A stretch of 64,000 nt of DNA from an uncultured Methanoregulaceae archaeon (GCA_963841015.1 CAWJAX010000003.1:608001-672000); one strand, 5' to 3'. Counted from the stretch's first letter, positions 41,501 through 52,715 are shown. The notes: generated from the sequence alone by a model not told the origin. A program made the numbers and translations.

Positions 41501-42624
41501 TGACAGTTCACCAAAAACTGAAAGATTCATATCAGGACAGAACGGTACTCATTACCGGTCATACCGGTTTTAAAGGTAGCTGGCTTGCTTTATGGCTGGA
41601 ATCTGTGGTGGGTGCCAGAGTAATCGGGTATAGTCTTGATCCGCCGACAAACCCATCACTCTTTCAGGCAACCGGATTATCAGATCGTGTTCTTGACATC
41701 CGTGGAGATATCCTGGATCGGGCCAGAGTTTTTGAAGTTGTAAAAAAATACCAACCTGAGTATATTTTTCATCTTGCCGCACAACCGCTTGTTCGATTTT
41801 CCTACAAAAATCCTCTTGATACATTTAATGTTAACGTCATGGGAACCACAAATATCCTCGAATCTGTCAGGATATTGCAGTATCCCGTTACTTGTGTCTG
41901 CATTACAAGTGACAAATGTTATGCAAACAGGGAATGTGATTACGCATATCAGGAAAATGATCCCCTCGGGGGATATGACCCCTACAGCGCTAGTAAAGCA
42001 GCGGCTGAACTTGTCATTTCTTCCTACCGCAAAAGTTTTTTTGGCTCAGCTAAAAAATCCCGGGTTTCTTTATCATCGGTCCGGGCAGGAAACATAATTG
42101 GCGGCGGAGACTGGGCTGATGATCGAATTGTACCGGATTGTGTCCGGGCTCTCGTGCAGGGTGATCCAATTGAGATCCGTAGTCCGCATGCAGTCCGACC
42201 GTGGCAATATGTACTTGATCCACTCTTCGGATATCTGTGGCTCGCATTGAAAATGCAAGAAGAGCCGGATAAATATGCAGATGCCTGGAATTTTGGTCCG
42301 GATTATTCGAACACGATAGATGTCCAAACCCTCACAGAAAAAATTATTGGGGAATGGGGAAGCGGAACATGGAAGATTCCTTCCCACAAGGAAAATGCGC
42401 CCCATGAAGCTGGTTATCTCAAACTGGATAGTACAAAATCAATAGTAAGATTAGGGTGGAAACCGGCATACTCTATTGATGAGGCAGTTCAAAAAACAAT
42501 TGAATGGTATAGGGAGTTTTACAAAGACAATAATGATATGTACAAATTTTCTTTACGACAGGTCAGAACCTATATGACCGACATTATGAAAAAAGAAGTA
42601 AAATCCAGGATTTTAAAAATATGA
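41500..42624 (+). CDS. rfbG: CDP-glucose 4,6-dehydratase
   Basis: TGHTGFKGSWL, HLAAQPLV, TSDKCY, DPYSASK, RAGNIIGGGDW. Confidence 0.93.
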   Translation: MTVHQKLKDSYQDRTVLITGHTGFKGSWLALWLESVVGARVIGYSLDPPTNPSLFQATGLSDRVLDIRGDILDRARVFEVVKKYQPEYIFHLAAQPLVRFSYKNPLDTFNVNVMGTTNILESVRILQYPVTCVCITSDKCYANRECDYAYQENDPLGGYDPYSASKAAAELVISSYRKSFFGSAKKSRVSLSSVRAGNIIGGGDWADDRIVPDCVRALVQGDPIEIRSPHAVRPWQYVLDPLFGYLWLALKMQEEPDKYADAWNFGPDYSNTIDVQTLTEKIIGEWGSGTWKIPSHKENAPHEAGYLKLDSTKSIVRLGWKPAYSIDEAVQKTIEWYREFYKDNNDMYKFSLRQVRTYMTDIMKKEVKSRILKI

Positions 42625-42747
42625 TCTGAAAAATCCTTATCGGTGCAAACGGACAGAGGATAACCAAGATATGATCAGCAAATCATTAGTATCAAAAAAA
42701 TCAGTAAGCTGTCCGGGAATAAGATTCCCCGATAGGAAGTGTTCGTT

Positions 42748-43698
42748 ATGAGTGTATCTGCTGGAGAGAGAATTTTCATTACTGGTGCAACAGGATTCAT
42801 CGGATCTAACCTTACACGGAGATATCTCGACCAGGGCGCCGAAGTTTTCATAAACCTGAGAAAGGCGTCAGATACGTGGAGAATTAAGGACATTCTGTCG
42901 GAAGTCAATTCAGTTGCCATCGATATTACAGATTATGAAAAATTGAGACAAGCGATAAAAAAAGTCCGACCAGATATAATTTTCCATACGGCAACTTATG
43001 GTGGGAGTGCAGAACAAAAGAATATCGAAAGGATTATGGAAACAAACATTACCGGAACAGTAAACCTTATACGAAGCTGTAGGGATACCGGAGTTAGATT
43101 GCTGGTGAATACCGGAACATCTTCAGAGTATGGCATAAAGGATTCGGCGATGAAGGAAACTTCTCTTCTTGAACCTGTTAATGAATATGGCGTCTCAAAA
43201 GCCGCTGCGACATTATTTTCTCAAACATACGCGGTTACAGACATGCTACCAATTGTCACCCTTCGCCTGTTCTCACCATATGGTAGGTATGAACAAAAAT
43301 CTAGACTTGTTCCTTCCGTAATCCTCTCCGCACTCCAGAAGATCAACCCAAAGATAAGTTCACGTGAATTTGTAAGGGATTTCATTTATATTGATGATAT
43401 ACTCGATGCATATGAAGCAGTGACAAATCTCAAAAATCCTGCCGGAAAAATATTCAACATCGGTTCGGGTCAGCAACATTCTGTCGGGGAAATTGTTGAC
43501 ATAATTGTCAGCCATCTCGGCAATGAAGTAACATACGAGTTAGGTGCCCCCCAGGCCTGGAATAACGAGCCGCAGGTCTGGCAGGCGGATATTCAGAAAG
43601 CAAATATTGAGTTAAGATGGGTCCCCCGATATTCGCTGAATGATGGCCTTGCTGCAACCATTGACTGGTTTAAGGTGAATAAAGAATTATATGGATAA
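42748..43698 (+). CDS. NAD(P)-dependent NDP-sugar reductase/epimerase (extended SDR)
   Basis: TGATGFIG, GTSSEYG, YGVSK. Confidence 0.8.
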   Translation: MSVSAGERIFITGATGFIGSNLTRRYLDQGAEVFINLRKASDTWRIKDILSEVNSVAIDITDYEKLRQAIKKVRPDIIFHTATYGGSAEQKNIERIMETNITGTVNLIRSCRDTGVRLLVNTGTSSEYGIKDSAMKETSLLEPVNEYGVSKAAATLFSQTYAVTDMLPIVTLRLFSPYGRYEQKSRLVPSVILSALQKINPKISSREFVRDFIYIDDILDAYEAVTNLKNPAGKIFNIGSGQQHSVGEIVDIIVSHLGNEVTYELGAPQAWNNEPQVWQADIQKANIELRWVPRYSLNDGLAATIDWFKVNKELYG

Positions 43699-45460
43699 TG
43701 GAATTCACATGAAGGTATCGGATTATGTCATCAACACCATTGCTGCTGAAGGAGTTACTCACATTTTTGAAGTATGCGGAGGTGCATTGGGTCATCTTCT
43801 GGATTCCCTTCATGGAAGAAATGACATTCACACAGTCTCCATGCACCACGAGATGGCAGCAGCAATTGCCGCAGAGGGGTATGCCCGTGCCAGTGAAAAT
43901 ATTGGAGTTGCAATGGCCACAAGCGGCCCTGGTGCAACAAATCTGATAACTGGGATTGGAAGTTGCTATTTTGATTCCATACCCTGTCTTTTCATAACGG
44001 GTCAGGTAAACACCTTTGAATATAAATTCAGCAAGCCTGTTAGACAGATCGGATTTCAGGAAACTGATATTGTCAGCATTGTAAAACCTATAGTGAAACA
44101 TGCAGTTCTCGTTAAAGAACCATTGGACACCCCAAAATTATTGGAAAAATCAATCGTTATTGCAAAAAAGGGTCGGCCTGGCCCGGTACTCCTTGATTTC
44201 CCCCTCAATATCCAGAGAGCAACAATGGAGCTGCACTCAGTCAGGAAATTCCATCCATCCAAAGAGGTTATACCCGATGAAAAAATGATCATGAAAATTA
44301 TATCCGTGATAGAATCCTCTTCGCGGCCGTTAATCCTTGCCGGCGGAGGAGTAAGATCTTCGAAAGCAACAAAAGATCTCTTCGAATTTGCTCGTTATAC
44401 CAATATTCCTGTTGTTGCTTCATTGATGGGGCTTGATTCGTTTCCCCATGATAATCAACTCTATATTGGAATGATCGGTACTTACGGGAACAGGTATGCG
44501 AATTTAGCTATTGCAAATGCAGATCTTATCATTGCCCTCGGCACACGATTTGATACCCGTCAGACGGGTACAAAACCAGAAACTTTTGCACGAGCAGCAA
44601 AAATCATTCATGTCGATATCGATGCCAATGAACTGAATAACAAAATCAAAGTTGATCTTCCCTTGAATATGGATATCAGAGCATTTTTAGAGTTATTAAA
44701 TGTAAATTCCAGCAATTTTGCCAAAAAAAATTACTCTTCCTGGTTTGAATGGATAAAACAGAATAAAATGAAGTATGCCGAAGATTGCAGCAGTAATAAA
44801 AAAACCATCTCCCCTTACTATTTTTTATGCAGGGTATCAGAAGCTCTTCCTAAGGATGCAATTATCTGTGCAGACGTGGGCCAGAACCAGATGTGGGCTG
44901 CACAGGTAATTGAAGTGAAAAAGGATCAGAGATTTTTAACCCAGGGGGGGATGGCTTCTATCGGTTCAGCATTACCGATGGCAATAGGTGCAGCATTTGC
45001 AAAACCACATACAATGGTAATAGTAATTACCGGAGATGGAGGATTCCAGTTGAATAGTCAGGAACTTCAAACGGTATACCATCATAATCTTCCTCTAAAA
45101 ATTATACTCCTCAATAATAGCGGATATGGGATGATCCGGCAATTTCAGCAACAATATTTCGGTGGAAGATTGCAATCATCAGTGATTGGATATAGTAACC
45201 CAGATTTCCAGAAAGTTGTCAGTGCATACAACATTTCAGCAAGAAAAATATCATCGAAAACTGATATCATACCGTCACTTGAATGGCTTTTTTCTAATTC
45301 AAAACCCGGCTTCCTTGAGGTTATCATTGATGAAAAATTCATGGTGACTCCAAAACTCTCAGTAAATAAACCGGTGGAAGATCAGGAACCGGAGTTATCG
45401 CGAGAAGAATTACAGTCAGCCATGATCATCAACATTCTCCCGGAGAATGATAATTCATGA
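43691..45460 (+). CDS. Thiamine-diphosphate-dependent enzyme, acetolactate-synthase-like (YerE-like by context)
   Basis: HHE.AA..AAEGYAR, TSGPGATN, GRPGPV, GDGG...NN ThDP motif; lies between rfbG and rfbH. Confidence 0.85.
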   Translation: MDNGIHMKVSDYVINTIAAEGVTHIFEVCGGALGHLLDSLHGRNDIHTVSMHHEMAAAIAAEGYARASENIGVAMATSGPGATNLITGIGSCYFDSIPCLFITGQVNTFEYKFSKPVRQIGFQETDIVSIVKPIVKHAVLVKEPLDTPKLLEKSIVIAKKGRPGPVLLDFPLNIQRATMELHSVRKFHPSKEVIPDEKMIMKIISVIESSSRPLILAGGGVRSSKATKDLFEFARYTNIPVVASLMGLDSFPHDNQLYIGMIGTYGNRYANLAIANADLIIALGTRFDTRQTGTKPETFARAAKIIHVDIDANELNNKIKVDLPLNMDIRAFLELLNVNSSNFAKKNYSSWFEWIKQNKMKYAEDCSSNKKTISPYYFLCRVSEALPKDAIICADVGQNQMWAAQVIEVKKDQRFLTQGGMASIGSALPMAIGAAFAKPHTMVIVITGDGGFQLNSQELQTVYHHNLPLKIILLNNSGYGMIRQFQQQYFGGRLQSSVIGYSNPDFQKVVSAYNISARKISSKTDIIPSLEWLFSNSKPGFLEVIIDEKFMVTPKLSVNKPVEDQEPELSREELQSAMIINILPENDNS

Positions 45461-46791
45461 CTAAAGAAGATGAAATCCGCAAGGAAATATTTTCGAAAAT
45501 ATCAGATCTCGTTGCATTAAGAGAACAAACAGAGCAGGTATTTATCTCCGGGGTTTCCTCCGTCCCCTATGCCGGGCGAGTCTATGATGAGAAAGAACTC
45601 ATCAACCTTATTGATGCATCTCTTGACTTCTGGCTCACGACGGGTCGTTATGCAGAGCAGTTCGAAAAAGGCCTTGCAGCATTTCTTGGGGTAAAATATT
45701 GCCTTTTGACGAATTCCGGATCCTCTGCTAATCTTTTGGCAATTTCCGCACTCACTTCGCAGAAACTCGGCAGGAAACGAATACAGCCGGGAGATGAAGT
45801 AATTACAACCGCATGTGGTTTTCCCACCACATTAAATCCGATTCTCCAAAATAATCTGGTCCCGGTCTTTATGGATGTCGAAGTGGGAACCTATAATATC
45901 CAAGCCGATTGCATTGAAGAGGCAATATCAGATAGAACAAAAGCGATCATGATCCCACACACCTTGGGAAATCCCGCTGAACTTGACACCATTTTGAAAA
46001 TGGTGAAAAAATATGACCTCTGGTTTATCGAAGATAATTGTGACGCTCTCGGATCTCGGTACCAGGGAAAATACACTGGGACATTCGGACATATTTCAAC
46101 CTGTAGTTTCTATCCTGCCCACCACATAACCATGGGCGAAGGAGGTGCTGTTCTTACAAAGGATCCTCTGCTCAAAAAGATCTTAATGTCATTCCGCGAC
46201 TGGGGGCGTGATTGCTGGTGTGAACCGGGTTGCGATAATTCCTGTGGAAAAAGGTTTGGGTGGTCTACAGGAAACCTACCTCATGGCTATGACCATAAGT
46301 ATATTTATTCGCATATCGGTTACAACCTGAAAGTCACGGATATGCAAGCGGCTATAGGAGTCGCCCAGCTCCAGAAACTGCCAGCGTTTATTAAACAGAG
46401 AAAAAAGAACTTTTCAAGGATTCTCAGTGCCCTTGAGAAGTATTTACCCTATGTTGTTCTGCCTGTTGCCCTGAAAGATGCCGATCCATGCTGGTTCGGG
46501 TTCCCGGTTCTTGTACGTGAAGACGCCCCGTTCAGTCGTTTGGATATTGTAAGTTATCTTGAAGAACACAAGATTGCGACCCGTATGCTTTTTGGAGGCA
46601 ACCTTCTTAAACAACCCGCTTATGAAGGAATCCATCATCGGGTGAGTGGTTCTCTGGAAAATACTGATAATGTTATGAACAATCTGTTCTGGGTAGGAGT
46701 GTATCCCGGGCTGACAACTGATATGCTGGATTATATGATTGCAAGATTTGACACGTTTTTTAAAAATATTTCTTTAAAAAAGGTGTCTTAG
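45457..46791 (+). CDS. rfbH: CDP-4-keto-6-deoxyglucose 3-dehydratase (E1, DdhC/RfbH)
   Basis: SFYPAHHITMGEGG (His in place of the PLP Lys), DWGRDCWC..G.DN.C Fe-S motif, YDHKYIYSHIGYNLK. Confidence 0.92.
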   Translation: MTKEDEIRKEIFSKISDLVALREQTEQVFISGVSSVPYAGRVYDEKELINLIDASLDFWLTTGRYAEQFEKGLAAFLGVKYCLLTNSGSSANLLAISALTSQKLGRKRIQPGDEVITTACGFPTTLNPILQNNLVPVFMDVEVGTYNIQADCIEEAISDRTKAIMIPHTLGNPAELDTILKMVKKYDLWFIEDNCDALGSRYQGKYTGTFGHISTCSFYPAHHITMGEGGAVLTKDPLLKKILMSFRDWGRDCWCEPGCDNSCGKRFGWSTGNLPHGYDHKYIYSHIGYNLKVTDMQAAIGVAQLQKLPAFIKQRKKNFSRILSALEKYLPYVVLPVALKDADPCWFGFPVLVREDAPFSRLDIVSYLEEHKIATRMLFGGNLLKQPAYEGIHHRVSGSLENTDNVMNNLFWVGVYPGLTTDMLDYMIARFDTFFKNISLKKVS

Positions 46792-46874
46792 AAATTCAGG
46801 AATCATGGTATTTCATTCGGTATTAATACAATTCACCACCTTATTATTGATATAAATAGAGGCCTGAGCGCACT

Positions 46875-47862
46875 ATGCAAAATTCTCTGAAATCCGAACC
46901 TCTGGTGAGCATATGTATTCCTGCGTATAATTCTGGGAAAACCATCGCCAAAACCATAACTTCACTCATACAGCAGACTTATAAAAATCTTGAAATTATT
47001 ATTATCGATAATTGCTCTTCAGACACAACAGTAAAAATCGCTCAGGGATTTGACGACCCCCGGATTCAAATAATGCGATGTGAAGAACATCTTCCCGCCG
47101 CAGAAAAGAACTGGAACCGATGCTTTTTCTATGCAACTGGCGAATTGATGGCAATCTTCCATGCTGATGATGTGTATCTGCCTCATATGGTTTCGCGACA
47201 GGTAGAGACCTTTAAAAAATTTCCCCAAGTAGGAAGTGTTTTTGCCCAAGGAAACATCATCGACGAGGAAAATAATATCATTGGTGAATTTAAGCTCCCT
47301 CCTGAAATTCGGGATTCAGAACCATGTCCCTTTCCAAAAATATTTAACACTGCACTTGAATATGCTGATTTTTTACCCACCCCAAGTGCGATGCTTCGAC
47401 GGAATCTCTATATGAAATTGTCGCCATTCAGATACGATCAATTCAGGTCTGCATCAGATTTCGACTTGTGGTTGAGAGCAGCAGCCTCTGCACCTATGAT
47501 AATCCTAAATGAAAAACTGATGAATTACCGCGTCAGCAAATCACAGGGATCGTTTGCAATCAATAAATTAAGGACCCACGAATCTGATTTCTTTAAAGTA
47601 ATGGATTATCATATTGCCCATAATAAAAATGAAGGCATGATATCAACAGATTCGTTAGACAGGCTATGAAATTTCCCGGATGGGAGATCAATTAATCCGA
47701 GCCTGGAATTCTTTCTATAAGCGCGACGAGAAAAAATTCAAGGAACAAATGAAGCAAATTCCCTGGATGAAATATGCAAGAATCCTGATCAGAAATCCCG
47801 GATTATTATATTCAAAATACCAACTCTATTCATATTTCAGGGTTTTCAAATCGTATCATTAG
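46875..47862 (+). CDS. GT2 family glycosyltransferase; +1 insertion near 47664
   Basis: VSICIPAYN, IDNCSSD, FHADD. Removing one base gives ...DRYEISRMGDQLIR..., joining ORF 47680..47862. Confidence 0.8.
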
Positions 47863-47889
47863 GACAATTATCCCAAAATAGGAAATATT

Positions 47890-48084
47890 TGCTCTGTAGA
47901 AATCATGTTGAAAATTCTGCCCGTTCTTTTAGGCTTTTTCCCCCGCCAAAGGGTATCCCTATTGCGATGACGATGTATTACCTGCAACCAAATCCGGGTC
48001 ATCGCTCTTAAGCCTCGTCCCCAAGGGGACTAATTGGCGCGAAGAGGGGGCATTATTTTACCAAAACATCTTTTCTACAGAGCA
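47890..48084. mobile_element. Putative MITE (195 bp)
   Basis: 13-bp perfect terminal inverted repeat TGCTCTGTAGAAA (47890-47902 / 48072-48084), 18 of 20 when extended; internal stems; no ORF; no clear target-site duplication. Confidence 0.6.
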
Positions 48085-48203
48085 GAAATAGCCAGAAAGT
48101 GTTGAAAGACAAGCATAAACCGCGAGTGTCGTAAATTGTCGGGTCAGTTTTGATATTCAGTCTGAACACAAACGGGAGAGAGAGAGAGATTATTTCAAAA
48201 TAT

Positions 48204-49292
48204 TTAGATCACTCCCATCTCACTCAACCGCCCTGGTAAATACGTCTTCGTCACAAAATCCAGCCCCCGGGCCGCAAATGCCTGCTGTTCCGATTTCAGA
48301 CCCAGGTTTATCTGCAGGTTGATCTGCTTCTTCCAGTATTCGGTTGCAAACCGGGGATCAGTCAGCTCGGCATTCAAAGCCTCCACATCCTTGTCCGTCA
48401 GTTTATCTGACGGCAGGTTGTAATCCCGGATATCGCTGGGCTGCAGGCCTAAAAACTGCGCCCGTGGCGTTGCCAGCAGCTCCGACATGTGCGCACTCTT
48501 TATCGACCCATAGGCAACCGAAGCAAAGATGCGGTACGACCATGGATCACCGTCTGTGAAAACGAGGACCGGTAGGTTCCATGTAGAACTGATCTTGTTC
48601 AGCATCCGCCGGGTTGAGCGCGCCGGCTGCCCTTTCAGGTGAACAAGAATCGCATCGTATTCTTCATCAAACCCGTTCTCGATCAACCGGTCGTACATAC
48701 CACCTGTTTCGAGGGCTATTACAAACTTCGCATCATGATCCACGAACTCGATATTTTCAACATTGTTGGGAATCGTATATCCTGCCTGGCCTACATCATC
48801 CTGGCAGTGAATGGCCCGCATCCCCCTGCGTGTTTCTTCACGGATCCGCATCGGGCCGTAAATCGATGCACCATTCTCTTCAGGGTGGAGATGAAACCCT
48901 TCGCGAGGAACCTCAGAGATGATCTCAAGATCTTCGATAAGAAAATTACTCTCTTCCTGCGCCCCGAACTTCGCCCGCTTCCATCCTTCAGAGATATAGT
49001 ACATTTCTCTGAGCGTTGACGATCGGTTCTCTTTCAGCTGCTGTTTGATAAACCCGATCACGTACGCCATCTTGAGCAGGTGCGTAGCACTCTTTGCCGA
49101 TGCAGCAGTGCGCATACTCTCCTTGTCGCCATATTTCCAGACTTCACTGGCATCATCATATTCAATGTTATATTTCGTCCGTGTAGGCAGCGATATGGAG
49201 GGTATATCCCCTGCCTTCATTTGATCATACCATGCACTCGCGATCCTGAGCAGCGCCGTCATCGACTTCTTTTCCAGCTCCTCTTTAGACAT
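48204..49292 (-). CDS. top6A: DNA topoisomerase VI subunit A
   Basis: [32 protein letters not shown]. Confidence 0.95.
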   Translation of the reverse strand: MSKEELEKKSMTALLRIASAWYDQMKAGDIPSISLPTRTKYNIEYDDASEVWKYGDKESMRTAASAKSATHLLKMAYVIGFIKQQLKENRSSTLREMYYISEGWKRAKFGAQEESNFLIEDLEIISEVPREGFHLHPEENGASIYGPMRIREETRRGMRAIHCQDDVGQAGYTIPNNVENIEFVDHDAKFVIALETGGMYDRLIENGFDEEYDAILVHLKGQPARSTRRMLNKISSTWNLPVLVFTDGDPWSYRIFASVAYGSIKSAHMSELLATPRAQFLGLQPSDIRDYNLPSDKLTDKDVEALNAELTDPRFATEYWKKQINLQINLGLKSEQQAFAARGLDFVTKTYLPGRLSEMGVI

Positions 49293-51087
49293 CGAGATCC
49301 ACCACCATCTTCTTGTTATCGTCAATACCCCGGATGTCGAGCAGTCCGCCGCCTTTCCCATAGTATGAGACGCGCCATACAGTCTGTGGCGGAACAGAAA
49401 CCTTCCATACCTTTGTGTACTGGCCGTCTATCTCACTCACGAATGTAGCTTTGGGCTCGGCATCGGCAGCATCGTCCTGTGAGATATCGTAGACAGACAC
49501 ATCCACCTCGTTTGCGGTGTAATTGTTCAGTTCGATCGAGATCCGGCCATCAACCGTTCCCTTTTTCACGATCAGCTTGCGCATCAGTTTCCCTTCAATA
49601 GGAGTGGTATCAACCAGCGGCTTTTCTACGATCTCGCTCACTTTCAGGGCAATTTCCGGTATAATCGCACAGACTGCCCGGGCCCGGTCCTCGGCTACCT
49701 TGTTCTTGTCCCGCCGGGAGACAAAGAGTTTGAGATCACGCCCAAGATCCTGCAGTGCGAGAACAATCTCCTTTTCAATCTCCGGAATGCTGGCGATTGC
49801 ATCCTTGCTCTCGCTGGTGAATGGCACATTGGTGGAAGCTACATGGACGAGGATAAGAATAGGACCCGTCGGGAGTCCCTGCTGGGAGAGGTTGTACAAT
49901 TTCCAGTTGACATTTGAGATACTAGTGGTGATTGCACAGGCACCCTGCTGGTACATGAGCGGGACACGGTTGGCGAAACGGAGGATAATTGCATTTCCCT
50001 CAGGTGGCAGCTTTCCTCCATACCCGATCGCCGCTTCGACTACGAACGAGTGCCCGGAGAAGACTGAAGCAGGCCGGGTGCGTGCCGTGACAAAGTCCAT
50101 CTGGAACTCTTTGTCCAACCCGCGCCGGATCAGTTCCTCCCCAATGGGCGACAGGCACTGGGTGGTGAGGGGAGCCGGGACAGAAACTTCCTGCATTGCG
50201 CCAAGGAGCGCCTTGAGCTGATCTGCGGAAAATCCCGACACTTTGGCAGTGGCTTTCAGGCCGGACTTATCACACATATCCTGTGCAGTCTTTTTCCCGA
50301 CACGGCTGAAATTTTCCATCAGGAAATCAGCAAGTTTCTGGTCACTTGCCACGGCCATCCTTTTAAGTTGTCCGAACTCTATCCCGTGCGGGTGAGGCTT
50401 GACTGCGACAGGGCAGGCAATGACTTCCTGGCTCACGCGCTCGAACGTGAACGATTCATCGTCGAGCTCCACCCGGAACCGCGCATGGGGGTTCACCACG
50501 GAAGTGTACTTGAGATACTCGAGGAGTTTTTTCTTTGCCGACATCGTGCTTTTGAATTCGATTTGTACCCTCGTTCCGTGAATCCGGTCCCACTCATACG
50601 ACTGTTGGGAGATAATGTCAGGTTCATTGGTCTCGATCTTTATCTGGATCTCACATTTGTATGCAGATTCCTTTGCACCGGTGCGGGAGATCACAATAGT
50701 CGGAACACCACTGGTGAGCTGGGCATAGAGCACAGCTGCTGAAATCCCGATACCCTGTTGCCCGCGGGTCTGCCGGATCTGGTGGAACCGGGAGCCGTAG
50801 AGGAGTTTTCCAAAGACAAATGGCACCTGGGCAGGTACAATACCGGGACCATTATCTTCCACAATAATCCGGAAAATATCATTGCTGACTTTTTTAATGC
50901 TGATAAAAATATCAGGGAGCACCTGCGCCTCTTCGCAGGCATCCAGTGCATTGTCAACTGCTTCCTTGATAGTCGTGATTACGCCACGTGTTGGGGAATC
51001 AAAACCGAGGAGGTGTTTGTTTTTCTCGAAGAACTCCGCAACACTGATACTTCGTTGCTGCTTTGCAAGCTCATCAGCGAGCACCAT
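49285..51087 (-). CDS. top6B: DNA topoisomerase VI subunit B
   Basis: EFFEKNKHLLGF, KEAVDNALDA, EDNGPG, RGQQGIGIS, VPFTSESK. Confidence 0.95.
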   Translation of the reverse strand: MVLADELAKQQRSISVAEFFEKNKHLLGFDSPTRGVITTIKEAVDNALDACEEAQVLPDIFISIKKVSNDIFRIIVEDNGPGIVPAQVPFVFGKLLYGSRFHQIRQTRGQQGIGISAAVLYAQLTSGVPTIVISRTGAKESAYKCEIQIKIETNEPDIISQQSYEWDRIHGTRVQIEFKSTMSAKKKLLEYLKYTSVVNPHARFRVELDDESFTFERVSQEVIACPVAVKPHPHGIEFGQLKRMAVASDQKLADFLMENFSRVGKKTAQDMCDKSGLKATAKVSGFSADQLKALLGAMQEVSVPAPLTTQCLSPIGEELIRRGLDKEFQMDFVTARTRPASVFSGHSFVVEAAIGYGGKLPPEGNAIILRFANRVPLMYQQGACAITTSISNVNWKLYNLSQQGLPTGPILILVHVASTNVPFTSESKDAIASIPEIEKEIVLALQDLGRDLKLFVSRRDKNKVAEDRARAVCAIIPEIALKVSEIVEKPLVDTTPIEGKLMRKLIVKKGTVDGRISIELNNYTANEVDVSVYDISQDDAADAEPKATFVSEIDGQYTKVWKVSVPPQTVWRVSYYGKGGGLLDIRGIDDNKKMVVDLDV

Positions 51088-52306
51088 ACAATCCCACCTC
51101 GGCAATGGCTGATGCAGGATCCAGAGTCTTCTGCTCACCGCTATGCAGGTTCTTGAGTGTCACATTCCCGGATTCTGCTTCACGCTGGCCAATCACAATT
51201 GCAAAATCGGCGGTCTTGGAAGCATGGGAAAGCTGGGCACCCAGTCCCCGCTCCATAAGATCCATCTCTGAACGGATGCCGGCAGCACGAAAGAGACGGG
51301 CTACTTCCCGTGCATGGTTACGACCCTCATTCGTGCAGACTATCGCAACAACGGTATCTTTTTTATGTTGTGTTTCTCCGAGTGAGACCATAACCCGGTC
51401 AAATCCAATGGCAAACCCGCAGGATGCTACGTCATCACCACCGAAAAGATGGGCGAGACGATATGCTCCACCGCCGAGTATCTGGTTCTCTGCTCCCAGG
51501 TTCTGTGCAAATCCTTCAAAAACCATTCCTGTATAATAGTCTAATCCACGGGCGATGCCAAAATTAAGAGAATAGTCGACACTCGCTGCATCGAGGGTAT
51601 TGATTGTCTGGTGAATACGCTCTTTTTCAGGAATCGTACCGGCAATTTCGAATGCCTCTGCAAGATCACGGCATTCAACGAGTGAAATAAGGGAATTACC
51701 AAGATCAGGTTTGTCTATGGATTCGAGGCTGGATTTTAACCCGTCAAAATCCTTCTTATCCAGATGTGCCATCACCCTCCGCTGAGCAGAAGGCTCGAGA
51801 TCTTCGAGCAGGTTCTTCATGAACGACAGGTGCCCCACTTTCAGTTCATAAGTAACACCAGTAGCGTTGAGCATTTCAGCCGCGAGCATAATGGCTTCAG
51901 TATCGGCAGGCGCGGTATCTGCTCCAATAAGCTCCACACCGAATTGCCAGAACTGGCGATACCGCCCTTTTTGTGGGCGCTCGTACCGGAAGCAGTCAGC
52001 AAAGTAGCACCAGCGTAATGGTTTTGGTGCAACTTTTGCCTCATTGATGTACATCCGAATCACCGAAGCGGTGATCTCTGGCCGCAGGGCAAGCTTGCGT
52101 CCACCTTTATCCTCGAAGACATACATCTCCTCAATGATCCCTTCACCCGAGCGCATCGTAAAGAGATCAAGATCCTCGAACTCCGGAGTGCAGACTTCCC
52201 GGTAGCCCCAGCGGCGCGCTACCTCCCGCAAACGCCACTCAATAGAACGTCGCGCTTCCATCTCATCCGGTAAAAAATCCCGCGTCCCTCTCGGTTTTTG
52301 AAGCAT
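51074..52306 (-). CDS. hisS: Histidine--tRNA ligase
   Basis: PRGTRDF, LRPEIT, FRYERPQKGRYRQFWQ, RGLDYYTG, GGGAY. Confidence 0.96.
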   Translation of the reverse strand: MLQKPRGTRDFLPDEMEARRSIEWRLREVARRWGYREVCTPEFEDLDLFTMRSGEGIIEEMYVFEDKGGRKLALRPEITASVIRMYINEAKVAPKPLRWCYFADCFRYERPQKGRYRQFWQFGVELIGADTAPADTEAIMLAAEMLNATGVTYELKVGHLSFMKNLLEDLEPSAQRRVMAHLDKKDFDGLKSSLESIDKPDLGNSLISLVECRDLAEAFEIAGTIPEKERIHQTINTLDAASVDYSLNFGIARGLDYYTGMVFEGFAQNLGAENQILGGGAYRLAHLFGGDDVASCGFAIGFDRVMVSLGETQHKKDTVVAIVCTNEGRNHAREVARLFRAAGIRSEMDLMERGLGAQLSHASKTADFAIVIGQREAESGNVTLKNLHSGEQKTLDPASAIAEVGLYGAR

Positions 52307-52342
52307 AGGAAAAATCCCTGTTCTATACTGTTTGTGCTGGTG

Positions 52343-52664
52343 TTATTTCTTATTCGCCCTGCGGATCGGTACACTTCCCAAAAACCGCTGGAGCGCTCCT
52401 TCATTTCCCCACACCTTCTCGCGTTCAATCCTGCCCTGTAAATACAATGCACCCAGGATCAGACCAAGGCCAAGCAGTTCAAAATCAGGCATGGTTGAGG
52501 TTACAGCGAATCCCAGCACCGCAAGAGACTCCATATGCCACACCCCAGTATGCTGCCTTCCGGTATCCCGGGAGTCCGGTCCGGAAAAAGATCCGCGCAT
52601 CACGAAGCCAGAGAAATATCGTAGTCGCTGCACCGGCAACAGCCACATACGTGAGATACGTCAT
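52343..52664 (-). CDS. Small membrane protein (~106 aa); +1 insertion near 52529
   Basis: MTYLTYVAVAGAATTIFLWLRDARIFFRTGLPGYRKAAYWGVAYG joins SLAVLGFAV...LGLILGALYLQG after removing one base (322 bp = 3n+1). Confidence 0.65.
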
Positions 52665-52715
52665 GCTAATGAACTAACTTATTATACGCCGTTCCATATC
52701 TGTATTATTACGATC

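Noticed and set aside
49285-49600. Extra C-terminal domain on Top6B
   Set aside because: An Ig-like C-terminal domain is already known in Methanosarcina-type Top6B
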